From Felis catus (lineage: Eukaryota), in NCBI RefSeq assembly GCF_018350175.1, contig NC_058368.1, forward strand, positions 158,412,001 through 158,476,000: a stretch of 64,000 bases of DNA, in the 5' to 3' direction. The translations under genes and the position numbers were made by a program. The notes under the pieces are model-generated. The model searched no databases. It had not been told where the DNA came from and was given only the letters and a program-made list of their open reading frames with translations. Shown here piece after piece: positions 38,540-52,229 of this stretch (position 1 is the first letter of the stretch; every line of letters starts with the position of its first letter).

Positions 38540-41500
38540 TAAAGCCAACTTTTCAATCACGACAAGAAGAGAAAGAGGACACATATGCCAAAGGTATTGC
38601 CACTTTCGGAAACTTTGGGAGAATCATTCTTAAACTGAACCTTGGTCTTTGTTGCCTTTTTTTTTTTTTAATATTTCTTGTTTCAAAATGTGAGCCATCA
38701 ATTTGTTTTATCCGTTGACATATTATATAATAACCCCAATCCGTCTAGAATTTAACATCATTCTCTTTAGGATGTTGTTATACCAGAAGCTTTTTTAAAA
38801 AAAGAAAAAAAAAAAACAAAGTGATTTATATTTTATTTGTATTCATATGAAAACAGCGTTCTTTTTAAATCTGTGTTACTTGGCCAATGATGACATTCAG
38901 AATCACCTAAAGCAGCTCAGCAAAATGAGCAGCCCAGAAGGAGCCAGGCCATCATAGGCCAGCAAGGAGCCCTACTCTGTTTTTCTCTCTGTCCTCCACA
39001 GTGACCGGCCTCCATGGCTGAAGAGGAGAAATGGTTCCATAACACTAGACACTGAAATTCCCTAGATTTCTGCTTAATGCTGGTAAAAGTATTTGCTTTG
39101 AAATACTGGCAGAGCAGATCGAGGGGGACAAGTGACTACACTCCGCGTGACACATATCCTAGTTTTTCCCTGATCACACAGACAGCAATTTAATTAGCCT
39201 ACTCATTTCCACTTAAAAATGATCCTCTGCTTGAACTTCAAGTGTGTTTTCTAACTGAATGTTCATTTAAGGCCAGGTCAGTCTCTTTCCTGGCAGCTTT
39301 TTGATTAAGGTCATTTTTCATATGAATAATCATGGAGGGTAAAGTAAAAATATAGTTATTAAAGCCTTTTAATTAACATGCGATGCAAGTATAATTGCCG
39401 TTTCATTCTATTAGAATTAATTTTTTTATCCTTAGAAACCTCCACCAACTTCTCATTTTTAAGACACATAAGTCAATGTTTCGAAAATATTTTATGCAAT
39501 CCTTGAATATCTGCATTGCCTCAAGTGACTTGTGCAGTTGTCTGGATCATGACTTTCCCAGAAAATACTGGCTTAACTTTCGGCTTCTCTTACATGTCCA
39601 ACCCAGACTTTAATGGTTGACCAAAAAAGGACAACCGAATTAATGCTACAATCTTACTATCTGCATAATAACTGCAGCAATTAAGTGGGTTCTAGGAAGA
39701 AGCAATACATGCTAAATTCTCAATCTGTTTAGTTAAGAATACAAGATTCAAGGGAAATGACGTAGCTGGCCAAGCACTAGTAGAGGCAGCATATCTTTTG
39801 GGCATTTCTTTGTCCCCTTCATTCCTTAAAGGAACACACACTTGCTGGTGACACTTGCTATGCAGGAAAAGTTCTGCCAAAATTGAGAAAGCAGCTAAAT
39901 TCTTGTCTAGCAACAAGTGTTCTGTACTTGGAACTTACATCACCAGTCCTGGAAGAACTTACACTCATACCCCATACACTTCCATTTAAGGCAATGTTAA
40001 TCTACATGGGTTCTTCCAGGTTTGTGAACAAAACAGCCTTCGTGGGCCACATTTTCATTTGGGGGGAGAAATCAGAGGGAATGCCCATCTGTCTCTTAGC
40101 CATTTGCACCACCAGTGTCTAGTGTCACAGACTTTCACTCCCTCATAGTCCTATAGCCTTGCCTCCCTCTCCTCTCCTGGCTCTAGCACACTTCACTGAA
40201 TGATTTTTTTACTGAGTTTGGTCATAAGACTACAGTCATAATGCCCTCTCCCCAGCCCCTACCATGATCCTAACCTCTGTTAGAAGTATGTGCTCATAGA
40301 ATTCTGGTTGAATCAGACTCCTTAAAAAAGAGATCGTTGTTCTGCAAAATTAACTTGTAGGGTAGAAGCAAAAATTACAGTCCTGTATATACTGCTACCT
40401 TCTTTAGAGTGCTTGGCCAATGTCATATGCTTTATTAAAACTGAAGGACTCATTTTTTAAAATAGAATTCTGTAGAATTAAATAGCACAAACATTTTTCT
40501 TTTAAGTAGGCTAGGCAGTTTCTGGTAATACTTCAAGCTATTTTGTCTCACCAAAGCAAACTGCAATCTTATCCAAACAGATAAAACATGCTTAATAAGC
40601 CCTGGTTAGTGCTGTCAAAAGCCAGATGCCTTGAAAGGGGTGTTAGGAGGGGAAAGCTGGTCTAAGAGTTGTTACCAATTTAAAGAAAGTAGAATTTTCA
40701 GATTACTGGACCTGTATCCATTCCATTTTTTGGGTCATTGTACCGTGGTGGAGACCATCTCTGGGACAAGCCATCCGGAGAAAATAAAGATAGAATTTGG
40801 TAATTACTCAGTGAATTTGATAGATGTGGCTGACCAGTCGGTAGGCTTAAAACTTCTTACTTCCTCTGTAGATAGGCAGAAGCTTAAATTACTAATGACC
40901 TCCTTGGCCTGCCTGCTTTCATTGCTGAATCAATGAAGCAAAGATAAAATAAGACTATGACTCAAGCTGTCACACAGCGAGTGAAAGAATGAGCAATGTC
41001 TTTGGAGTCACACGGTCACATCCACATCTTGGTCTTGCTGTGGAACTAGCCATTGTGATCTTGGGCAATTCGGTTAACATTTTGGAGACTCTGTTTCCTC
41101 ACCTGTGAAATAACACCTACCTCACACATAAATAATAAGAGGATTAAAAGATAATGAAAAGTATGTCACTCAGTTTTGTTTCCCATTTCCTTCTGCAACA
41201 GAGATTTATTTATCATACAACAAACAAAGGGCAAGGAGACATTCTTTGATATTTTTGCTTAGCAGTGCAGAACTTGAATTTATGCTGGTGTTGGAGATTA
41301 CTGCCTTTTAAGGAAGTAGAAACATCAAAAATGTTTTTATTTTTTCAAGCAACAAAGTAAGATTTGGCATTATTTTCAGATCCCAAAAGTAGTACATTGT
41401 GTCTTCAAGGAAGTCCAACGATAAAAGAAATAAAGGGAAGAGTGGTCAGAGAATAGTATGATGGCCCATTGATCTCCTATAATGGCATCAAGTATCCTTC

Positions 41501-41595
41501 AAAGCATCAGGACCTTCCTCTAAGTTACCTGGCTTAAGTCATAGACATTGTAAAATACTCTGGTTTACAAATACTATTTTTCCCCCTTCATGTAA

Positions 41596-41729
41596 GTTAA
41601 GATGATTGAACTAAAGGAGGCCTCTTAGAAGATCATTTTGAAACTACGGTAAAAATGAGGACATATCTTATAGCCTACATAGTTTGTGATTTCAACTCTG
41701 TGAGTGGCACAACCTCGTCAGGGGTCAAG
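41596..41729 (+). pseudogene. ERAP2: ERAP2 exon 4 (acceptor AG->AA, -1 frameshift)
   Basis: [44 protein letters not shown]|gtaaga; 134 nt. Confidence 0.93.
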
Positions 41730-42286
41730 GTAAGACTGAGTTCTAATTTTATACACTGTCCTGACAGCAATGAGTTTTTCTTTACTTTCTTAAGCTTTCT
41801 CCCTTATTATCAAAATATTATGCTTGTTTCACAAAATAGAGATAGGAAAAAAAATAAATAAGTTACTCATAATCCCATGATCAAGATATAATTACTGTTA
41901 ATATTAGTGTAAGCCTTCCAAATATTTTCTGTATATATGTCAGTATACAAGAGTGTATACAGTAGTTGAATATACCTATGATTTACAAAATAATGTTTAA
42001 GATTATTTAACTCCATTTTCACCTTAGTATGCCGTAACAATTGAAAGCTATTAAATATTTTTCTATAAGACTACATTAATAATTACTTAGTATTATACTG
42101 CATGGAAGTACCAAAAAAATTTTAATCAGCATCTTATTTTAAGACATTCACATTGTTTTAAATTGTTTTCTATAACTTTTTTCCTTAATGAGAGGAAGAA
42201 TTCATACTTTTTACAGTCTTCATTATTTTCACAAATTTATAATATCCAACGATTATCTTAAAGAGTTTTGCAAATATTGGTAGAGC

Positions 42287-42334
42287 CATCATGATCACCA
42301 TCATCATCAACATTGCCATCATCATCATCATCAT
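42287..42334 (+). repeat. Imperfect (CAT)n repeat
   Basis: Read directly. Confidence 0.8.
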
Positions 42335-43289
42335 CTCCTTACCCTGAGGCACCAAATGTAGACATAAAAACATTCAAAGAACCATGAAATATGCCTATGA
42401 AAAACATCTATAAAATGGCTATTTCAATTTATACACATATTATAACTACAGATGTGTAGATGTATATTATGAGCGATGCATCTCCATACATAACACAGCG
42501 TCTCTGCACACAGATACAGGTGTGCATAGATATAGATATATGAAAGTTCAAATGGCAGTTTACTTCAAGAGGGCAAGTTCCATTCAGCTTCCTAGGTTTC
42601 ACATCCCAGCTCTACAATTTTCTACATGGGTAACTTGGAGCAAGTTACTTAATTTCCATGTGTTTCCATCTTTTCATAAGGTTGCTGAGAGGATTAAATT
42701 AGATTTCACATGTACACATTTAGCACTGTGTCTGATAAGGCACCAAAAAATGGTAACTATAAATACATCCTTCCTATAAAAGTTCCAAGGGACTTTAGGT
42801 AATTCAGAGCGTGAAAGCAGATCATGAAATGAAAGTGGCGCCATACTTGAAACCCAATAAAAGTGGAATATAATTTTAATTTTTCCACTTAATGACTATT
42901 TACTTTGGGGGAGTCAATGAACATATTTGGGCATTTTTGAGTTTAAAGTAAACTAGATGGGGAGGTGGATCCAGTAACTTCTTGAAGGTTTTCCACCTTA
43001 TAGACCTATATTTTATTTGACTTATGCTGGTAGTCATAACTCTGGAAGGCTAGCACTGCAGTGCTAGAATGCGTGATAGTGATGAGCTAAAGTGGGATCT
43101 CATGATATGATTTGTTAATAAAGCTTGAAATTTAAAGATAAGTACCTAGGGAATGGATTATACAGGAGACACAAGGTTTTTTATTATTTTTAAGACCGAC
43201 TTTTGCTGTAACACTTTTTGGAACATCTTATCACCTATTAATAGCATGCTTAATTGTATCACAATAATTTCTTTAAAATGCAGTCTACC

Positions 43290-44129
43290 ATCCAGATGGC
43301 CAACCGACACATGAAAAAGTGCTCAATGTCACTCATCATTAGGGGAATACAAATCAAAACCACCATGAAATACCACCTCACACCTGTCAGAATGGCTAAC
43401 ATTAACAACTCAGGCAACAACAGATGTTGGCCAGGATGCAGAAAAAGAGGGTCTCTATTGCAGTGCTGGTGAGAATGCAAACTGGTGCAGCCACTCTGGA
43501 AGACAGTATGGAGGTTCCTCAAAAAATTAAAAATAGAACTACCCTATGACCCAGCAATTGCTCTCCTGGGTATTTATCCAAGGGATACACACGCTGTTTC
43601 GAAGGGGCACATGCACCCCAATGTTTATAGTAGTGTTATCCACAATAGCCTAAGTGTGGAAAGAGCCCAAATGTCAATCAATGGATGAATGAATAAAGAA
43701 GATGTGGTATATATATACAATGGAGTATTACTCGGCAACCAAAAAGAATGAAATCTTGCCATTTGCAACTATGTGGTTGGAACTAGACGGTAAGTCAGTC
43801 AGAGAAAGACAAATATATGACTTCACTCATATGAGGATTTTAAGATACAAAACAGATGAACATAAGGGAAGGGAAACAAAAATAATATAAAAACAGGGAG
43901 GGGGACAAAATATAAGAGACTCTTAAATATGGAGAACAACAGAGGGTTGCTGGAGGGGTTGAGGGAAGAAGGATGGACTAAATGGGTAAGGGGCATTAAG
44001 GAATCTACTCCTGAAATCATTGTTGCACTATATGCTAACTAACTTGGATGTAAATTTAAAAAATAAATTAAATAAAGAAAAAGAAAAAGAAAAAAAATAT
44101 TCAGGCACTGGAATAATAAAAACAAACAA
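43290..44129 (+). mobile_element. 5'-truncated L1 with a probable short 3' transduction
   Basis: ORF2 C-terminus, 3' UTR and two A-tails; TSD at 43275-43289 and 44130-44144 (2 mismatches). Confidence 0.9.
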
Positions 44130-44227
44130 AAAATGCAGCCAACCTTTCTTTGAGTGAGGGCTGTTAGGAATGGAATCGTGCTAAGGATTTGCGACATTCA
44201 AAAACTACTTCTGATCAACATTTCCAG

Positions 44228-44348
44228 GTGTCTGTCTACACATCCGCAGGCAAATGGAGTAAAAAACATTATACCTTGGAAGCATGATTAAAGCTCCTTG
44301 ATTTTAATGAACATTACTATGGTATCAACTATCCACTCCCCAAACTGG
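44228..44348 (+). pseudogene. ERAP2: ERAP2 exon 5 (TGA at 44285)
   Basis: cag|VSVYTSAGKWSKKHYTLEA*LKLLDFNEHYYGINYPLPKL G|gtaggt. Confidence 0.93.
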
Positions 44349-44581
44349 GTAGGTTCAAATTCCATGTCATTGTCTTTACTTTTGCTTATAGACCTTGCTT
44401 TGATTTCTTTCTGTATATATGATTTAAATGAGTTACTGAAGGGGTTCGGTTAGCCCAGGAAACAATAATTTGTACCTCAAAGATGGTTCTTGACTGTAGA
44501 AAATAAAGTATTTATGAGAAGTTCAACTAGTGTGAATCATTTTTTATTCTTTTATCAGGTTCCTGTTAAAATAGCTGCATT

Positions 44582-47120
44582 GGGGGTATCTGAGGGGCTC
44601 ACTCGGTTAGGCATCCAACTTAGGCTCAAGTCATGATCTCACTGTTCATAGTTTGAGCCCCACATCAGGCTCTGTGGTGACAGCTCAGAGCCTGGAGCCT
44701 GCTTTGGATTCTGTGTCTCCCTCTCTCTCTGGCCCTCTCCCGCTTGTGCTCTCTCTCAAAAATAAATAAACATTAAAAAAAAATTAAAATAGCTGCATTG
44801 TATATTAGATTTAACTGGATGAATTTTCCAGGGGCACTAAGGTGGCTCAGCTGGTTAAGCAGACTACCTTGGTTTTGTCTCAGGTCATGATCTCATGGTT
44901 CATTGGTGAGATGGAGCCCCATGACAGGCACTGTGCTGACAGCACGGTGCCTGCTTGGGATTTCTCTCTCCCTCTCTCACTGCCCCTCCCAGCTTACTCT
45001 CTCTCTTTCTCAAAAATACATACATAAATAAATGAATAAGTAAACAAACAAACAAATAAACATAAAAAAATAATAACTGGATGAATTTTTCAGAGCACAC
45101 AACTTTTTTCTGTACCATATTTGTATAACACCAGTAACCTTTTTAAACATTTTTTATGTTTATTTATTTTGAGAGAGAGAGAGAGAGAGAGCACAAGTGG
45201 GAGAGGGGCAGAGAGAAAGAGAGACAGAATCCAAAGCAGGCTCCAGACTCTGAGCTGCCAGCACAGAGTCCAACGCGGAGCTCGAACTCATGAGTATGAG
45301 GTCGTGACCTGAGCCGGAGACGGATGCTCAACTGACTGAGTCACTCAGGCGTCCCCACCAGTAACCTTCAGAGTTGCCAAAGATTTATGTAAACTGCTGA
45401 AAATTGTCTCTCCAGCTGTTTATAGTGCATTTGCGTTTGGAAGATAAGAATGTGGCACAGGTTAAAAAAAAAAAAAACACTTGGAGGAAATAGATAATTT
45501 GAATGTGTTAGTAGTAGATCTTTATATAGGAAGATACACATAGTCTATCTTGGATTAATTTTCTATCTTAAAAAAATAGAAGTTATGATTTTAATAATGT
45601 TGCAGAACATATCAAACCATGACTTAAGTTTTATAACATATGTAGATCAGTTTTTAGAATTTCGGACAGTGACAAAACTTTTTCTTTTTCCCTTGGGGAC
45701 ATTAAAGCATACTCCTTACTATGTCTTTGCTCCCTTTTACTCCAAACTCTGTGCAGTTTTTTCTTTTTTTTTTTTTTTAAGTTTATTTATATTTGAGAGA
45801 GAGGAACACAGACAGAGCATGAGTGGGGGAGGGGCAGAGAGAGAGAGGGAGACACAGAATCCAAAGCAGGCTCCAGGCTCTGAGTTGTCAGCACAGATCC
45901 TGATGCAGGGCTTGAACTCAAGAACTGTGAGATCATGACCTGAGACGAAATCAGATGCTTAATTGACTGAGCCACCCAGACGCCCCTGTGCAGTTTTTTC
46001 TTAGAGGAGGTAAAAGGGACCATAAAAAGCCACCTCCAAGAGTTTATTCCTCTAGTTCCTGAGTCTCACTGCATTATTACAGTGCAGGTGCTATATACAG
46101 ATATACTAAATTTACCTGTAATCTATTACTGTCCTTATATCAAAAGTCAAGGAAAGATATGATAACAACCATCAACAATCTTACAGTGTTCTTGAAAAAT
46201 GTAGCCTTGAAAATTATATGAAATGCATTTAAAAAATAACTGAAAAGAAGCATGTAGTTTAGGAAAAATCAAACTAGATATAAGTATCTCTAATGACTAT
46301 GGGAAGTAATCCAATATAAAATCATCAGTGCAATTTACAAAAGGAATTATTCCACATTTGAAGTGCTAATGAATACTAATCTTTACTGGTGCTGATTTGT
46401 TTTTGATTGTCTTAGAAATATTTGTTTCCATCCACTAGTATTAACCTGTATTAATTCCAGACAATACAATTACAAGCCAAGTGACTTGGTTTATTTCAAA
46501 CTTTTAAAAAAGTACCTTTCTTTTTATTTTTTTTTTAATTTTTTTTTCAACGTTTATTTATTTTTGGGACAGAGAGAGACAGAGCATGAACGGGGGAGGG
46601 GCAGAGAGAGAGGGAGACACAGAATCGGAAACAGGCTCCAGGCTCTGAGCCATCAGCCCAGAGCCTGACGCGGGGCTCAAACTCACGGACCACGAGATCA
46701 TGACCTGGCTGAAGTCGGACGCTTAACCGACTGTGCCACCCAGGCGCCCCCCCCAAAAAAGTACCTTTCTTTTTAATCAAACAGTACTTTTTCTGACCTA
46801 CATGAAATTGATGCCAAATGATATACATGTACACATACATAGATACAATACAAATTAATATACATTATACCCGAGTTGCTTAAAGATGATTAAATTTGAC
46901 TTTATTTCCTCAAGACTTCGTTAAGAAGTACAGGAAACATCAGGGTACCTGGGTGGCTCAGTTGGTTAAGTGTTCAACTCTTGATTTTGGCTCAGATCAT
47001 GATCTCACAATTCGTTAGTTCAAGCTCTACGCTTCTGTCTCTCCCTCGCTCTCTGCCCCTTCCCCGCTGGCACGCATGCTCTCTCTCTCTTAAAATAAAT
47101 AAAAAATAAACTTAAAAAAA
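44582..47120. mobile_element. Cluster of six CAN-SINEs in ERAP2 intron 5 (44582+, 44830+, 45140-, 45757-, 46517-, 46942+)
   Basis: Six heads and tails; several have TSDs. Confidence 0.9.
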
Positions 47121-47719
47121 AGTAGAGGAAATATCAATGTTGAAAAGGAAATTGAGGTCAGAAATAATTGATAACCACAGCTTTCTTCCTCTACTGCCTT
47201 GGAAGGACATTTGCTCTTAATAGAGGCTATATGTTCTCGAAATACCAATTAAAATACTGACCATAGAGATTGCTTTTAAAACACATTTTCCTGAAATTAC
47301 AATCCTATGTCTCTTTTATAGAAATGAGTTCATTATATGTCTTGATGAATCTCAAACATATTGGAAATTATTTGATACCTTTCAAAGTTTTTAACTAGTC
47401 TTAATATAAAATACGAGTGTTTTTAAATAAATCATTTTCTTAGCAGTAATGCACCCAAGGTATTTTCAGAATTTAGCACATGTCAATAGGTTACTTCAGC
47501 TACAACCAAAACCATATTGATAGAATTAATGCTGCTTAATAATGGGTACTGATTATTTTCAGTGCAACTACAAGATAGCATGTCAATGTTACGATGGTCT
47601 TAAAGTTTTCAGAAAGTCTGCTTATACATTAAAGGATCACAATGTATTTGAGGAGGAAGTAAATTCCATTTCTGGTGCAGAAGCCATAATGATCAAGTAT
47701 GGTTGTTCTTATTTCTTAG

Positions 47720-47874
47720 ATCTAGTTGCCATTCCTGACTTTGAATCTGGAGCCATGGAAAATTGGGGCCTCATCACATATCAAAAAACATCACTGCTCT
47801 TTGATCCCAAGACCTCTTCTGTTTCTGATAGACTGTGGGTCACCAAAGTCATAGCCCATGAACTAGCACACCAG
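47720..47874 (+). pseudogene. ERAP2: ERAP2 exon 6 (open frame; GAMEN and HEXXH motifs)
   Basis: tag|[52 protein letters not shown]|gt. Confidence 0.96.
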
Positions 47875-50695
47875 GTACCTAACACTCATGACATTCTTTT
47901 GCTATCAGGCTAAAAAAAGCATTGTTTCAGATACCAGCTGTCTTCCTGAAACAACATAAAATTATATCATTTTACCTTTAGAGGGGACTTTGAAGACTCT
48001 CAAACCAAACATATGTGTCAAGTAGCAGAGTTCTCAATCTCTAGACTATGAGACTCACAAAGGAGTGTTGTCACAAGAGAAGTGGCCACTGTGTCCTCTA
48101 AAACTCTTCATGACAAAGCCTTCAAATATCTTTTACTAAAGAAGGTAGGGACTAAGCCGATATACGGGGCACAGAATTAGAAACTCTACAAATAGAAATT
48201 TCTATTAAAAATATTTCTCCTTAGTACCATGGCATTCCAATCTAGGGCAAAATCAAACCCTCTCAGTTTGAATATGTCATTGTATGGCCACAAAGAAGTA
48301 CTTCACATCCAAGTACTCACAGGGTGCTGACCCTAGACACTACCCTAGACATTACTTAACTCTCTAAATTTCAGTGTCTTCATCTATAAAATTAAATTAA
48401 TAGTAGTTCCTGCTTCTTGGAACTGTTGTTAAGAATTACAGGTAAGTGTCTGTACCTGCCATATAGCAGACCATCAGTCAGTGTTAGTTATTAATGATGA
48501 CAACAGTGATCTCTGCTACTGCTACAATTTCTTGAAAGCTAATCTTTCCAAGGCCCATCTATCAACACTGTATTAGATACAAATATGAAACTATAAAACT
48601 AGCTATATAGATATCAGAGACTATTTCCACTCTATTCATTTCTGAAAGTCCCTAGTAGCACAGTGAATTATTAAGGGCCCCCAAATTCTCTCTCACCTAG
48701 TAGACAAATATCATTTTATTATAGAAGCTAGTAATATCTTATTAATTTTTAACTGTATCCTTTATCATTATTATAATGATAAGTTGGATTTTATTTAAAC
48801 AGCAAACTAAAAATCCAATTACATAGGAGCCGTGCTCAGCATTGTACTTTAAGAACATATGTGCGGCTTATTCTGGTTTAGAATTTCCCCACTGGCCCAT
48901 CTTAGGGGTTTTGATCAGTAATCACTGGTAGCTCTAAAGCACTTGACTGAATCTGGGGATTTCTAATTTTTCTACTGAATGTTCATAGAGGAGTGGTTGG
49001 AGAACTCTATCTCTGAGGCTCCCCTAGGCCTTCCTTTAATAACTTCTGTTTCATGGAGACACAGAGTCTAGGGCTGAAGCAGCAGACAACACTGGAATTT
49101 TTGTCTTGACTATTTTGTATCCCAGTTGATCTCCATATGATCATTTACTCTGACAAAGACTCCCAATGCCAACTGAGTGAGTCAGGGGTCCATAGCATGG
49201 CATATAAAGCCCCCAAGATGAAGCCCTTCTCCACCTTTCCAGCCTCATCTCTTGTCAATACCCTAAGTGTTAGCCATCCCGGACCACCTGCCATTTCCTA
49301 AACATGCTAGGTTGTGTTGATCCTTTATGCTTTTTCTTCTGCTGCTTGATCTGCCTAGAGTACACATTACTTGCAACATACCTGAAGACCCCTTGCAAGA
49401 CTCAGGAAATGAGTCATTTCCTAACTAACTTACACACTCTCCCAGCAGAACTGGTTTTTAACTCCTGGGATCTTCTCTATCCCTTGTACAGACACTGATC
49501 ATAGCGCCATAATGCTTGATTGCATTTATCTGTCTAACCATTGACCTCCATCATTTGTATTGAGGCAGAAGATATATTATATACATCTTTATATTTCTAA
49601 CATATGGCATGTTGCCAAATAATGTAGTAGGTTCTCTAAAGATATTTATTGAATGAGTGAATGAATAAACCACTCTTATTAACTGGTAAAGTTACCATAA
49701 TCAGCTCAACTTGTATTTCTCTTACTCATCAATTCTCAAATTAAGAAAACACCTCCCATCCCTTCTCACAGATGACTTCAGGAAGATCAGTGCCCACTTG
49801 TAAAATGACCTGAGGGTTATCAGAAAAGAAATAGAACTTAAACAGTTTCTAGAAGCTACATTCTGTTCTATAATTTTAAGAAGGCTCTTCTGAATCTTGG
49901 AATCCTTTTGTTTAATTTCCTATCCTTCTGGAGATTGCAATTCTAAAACAGATAAACTAGATGGACAGTATTGTGCATATAGGCTAAATAAAATATAAAA
50001 GTACATGAAAAAGTAGTAACACTTAAAACTGGTGTTACACATCAAATATAGGTCAAGGGTAAATTTCTATTTAGATTTCTTTATGGCATCCTTTTAATTT
50101 TATTTATATATATTTAAAATCTCAAAACTTTATTCACTTTAGTGTCCAAGTTAATCCCTGGAGGGAAGTCAGAGCAAAAGTTAACAACTAAATGTCCTCA
50201 TCAGTAATACTGTGTAACAATCTGAGAGTCCTAAACAAAATCTTATGATTCTTTTAAGTACCTGCTACTTAATGTAATGAGGTGACTTTGCCAAAGATAT
50301 TTTGGCTTATATTTCCCCAAAGCCCATAAATCAAGGATGAGGTGAGATTGTAATAAGTGTGTAAGAAATAAAAACTACCCCACAAAATGTTTTATTTTCT
50401 TCCTTAATATTAAATCTAATAGCCAGGAAATGTTGGGAGGATAAAATGGAAGCTGGAGAGTTGGGGGCAATAAGGACACAAAAGAAAGAAAAGTGAAGCA
50501 AGAAGCAAAAATGTGGTGGTGAGAAGAGAAGGCACAGAAATCAGTACAAGGAAGCTGTACAGAGTGAAAAGAGTAACAGAGAGGAAAGGCCTTAACTACT
50601 GAAAGAAGTAAGTTACCACCCATTGCATTTTTTGCTACAGTTAGTAATATTTATATTTGTTTAATTTCTAATAACATTGAGTCTTTGCCTCCTAG

Positions 50696-50809
50696 TGGTT
50701 TGGCAACCTGGTTACAATGAAATGATGGAATGATATTTGGTTCAATGAAGGTTTTGCAACATACATGGAACTCATCCCGCTTAATGCTACATATCCAAAG
50801 CTATAATTT
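50696..50809 (+). pseudogene. ERAP2: ERAP2 exon 7 (TGA 50723, TAA 50804)
   Basis: [36 protein letters not shown]|gtaagt. Confidence 0.95.
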
Positions 50810-51641
50810 GTAAGTTTACACTTTTGTATGTCATACCTTACATACAGTTCAGCCCATAACATAAATCCCTCACCCAAAAATCTATGGACAGAAAACTGAA
50901 ATAGCACAAATATACAGCTGAGTATGTGGGGTAAGAGGAAAGAATGTCACTGTCCATATCCAATGATATAGGACAAGAGAGTGCCCATGGCTACAGAGCC
51001 TGTGCAGAGTTCTTGGCATATAACCTGAAAATTAAGCATAATTTGGGCACACTCCTCCAGAATTTTCAAAAGGCCTATTCACCTCCCCAAAATTTATGAA
51101 AAGATTGTTTTCAAACATGTCTTTTCCTTAGGCATAACACTACATACCAAGTTGGTTTGTGATGGTTAATTAGCTCTTTGGGATAGGCATTTGGCCCAGT
51201 ATAGTATAGACAGATATGGATTCAGAGTATCTTCTTATCTGCTATGTTTTGAATCCTTGGTGAAATCCCAAATATTCATATATTCTCACTTGTAAAACAC
51301 ATGTAATGCATCTACTTTGCAAGGTGTTGAAAGGATCAAAAATGATGAATGTAAGGTACTGACATATAGCAAGTGTTTCACTAAATAGGAACCATTTTAT
51401 TTTTGTATCCAAGGGTTTGGTACATGGTAAACGTTCAAATAATGTCTGAAGGAGTGTTATATTTACACTTTTATGAAGTAGAGAACTGATAAAAGGGGAA
51501 TATGTAAGGGGAAAGAAACTTAAAATCAATTGTAAGGAATATTGATTGAATACTTTTAAGAATATCGTACTGAGCCTATTGTGTTTTCTGTTGCTTTGAA
51601 AGTTTCAAATTGAAAGTGACAAAATTTTCTTCCCTATTTAG

Positions 51642-51773
51642 GATGATGCTTTTTTGGGTGTTTGTTTTGGAGTGATCGAACAAGATTCATGAAATTCATC
51701 CTTTCCTATCTCCAATCAGGCAGAAACTCCTATTTAAATACAGGAAATGTTTAATACAGTTTCCTATGAGAAG
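51642..51773 (+). pseudogene. ERAP2: ERAP2 exon 8 (TGA 51690, TAA 51735)
   Basis: [42 protein letters not shown]|gt. Confidence 0.94.
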
Positions 51774-51989
51774 GTAGTAATTGCTGTGGGCAAGTGGAAG
51801 CTCTGCTTTTAGGAGAAATATAACGAGAGTCATGAAACCAGCAGTTGAAGTTACTGCTTCCAGGTTACTGCCACTAGTTATACTTTTTTATTTGATGTTC
51901 ATTTTTCGGACATTACACATGTTCCATAAAATTTAAGCTTTCTTTAAAAATACATCATACTACTTTTTTTCTTTATCTTCTTGTTTTGT

Positions 51990-52053
51990 TTTCCTCCCTT
52001 CCTCCCTCCCTCCCTCCCTCCCTTCTTTCCTTCCTTCCTCCTTTCCTTCCTTT

Positions 52054-52093
<40 letters not shown>

Positions 52094-52095
52094 TC
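51990..52095 (+). repeat. (CCTT/CCCT/TTTC)n tract forming the ERAP2 exon 9 polypyrimidine tract
   Basis: Read directly. Confidence 0.9.
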
Positions 52096-52097
52096 AG

Positions 52098-52229
52098 GGA
52101 GCTTGTATTTCAAATATTCTCAAGGATCTTCTGAGTAAGAAGAAATTCCAGGAAGGAATTATTCACTACTTAAAGAAGTTCAGTTATGGAAATGCCAAAA
52201 ATGATGATTTGTGGAGCAGTTTGTCAAAT
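52098..52229 (+). pseudogene. ERAP2: ERAP2 exon 9 (open frame)
   Basis: cag|[44 protein letters not shown]|gtaagt. Confidence 0.95.

Larger units (their letters stand above)
36073..38593 (+). pseudogene. ERAP2: ERAP2 exon 3 in three pieces (36073-36144, 37580-37608, 38540-38593), split by two L1 insertions
   Basis: RIFAVMDFEPTHSR..PCFHEPL / [10 protein letters not shown] / KANFSITTRRERGH..MPK|gt. Has a +1 frameshift and a ~13-bp deletion. Confidence 0.93.

Noticed and set aside
48321..48345. CTGACCCTAGACA resembling the start of ERAP2 exon 14
   Set aside because: The match is short, out of order and has no continuing homology; it sits beside MIR-like sequence.
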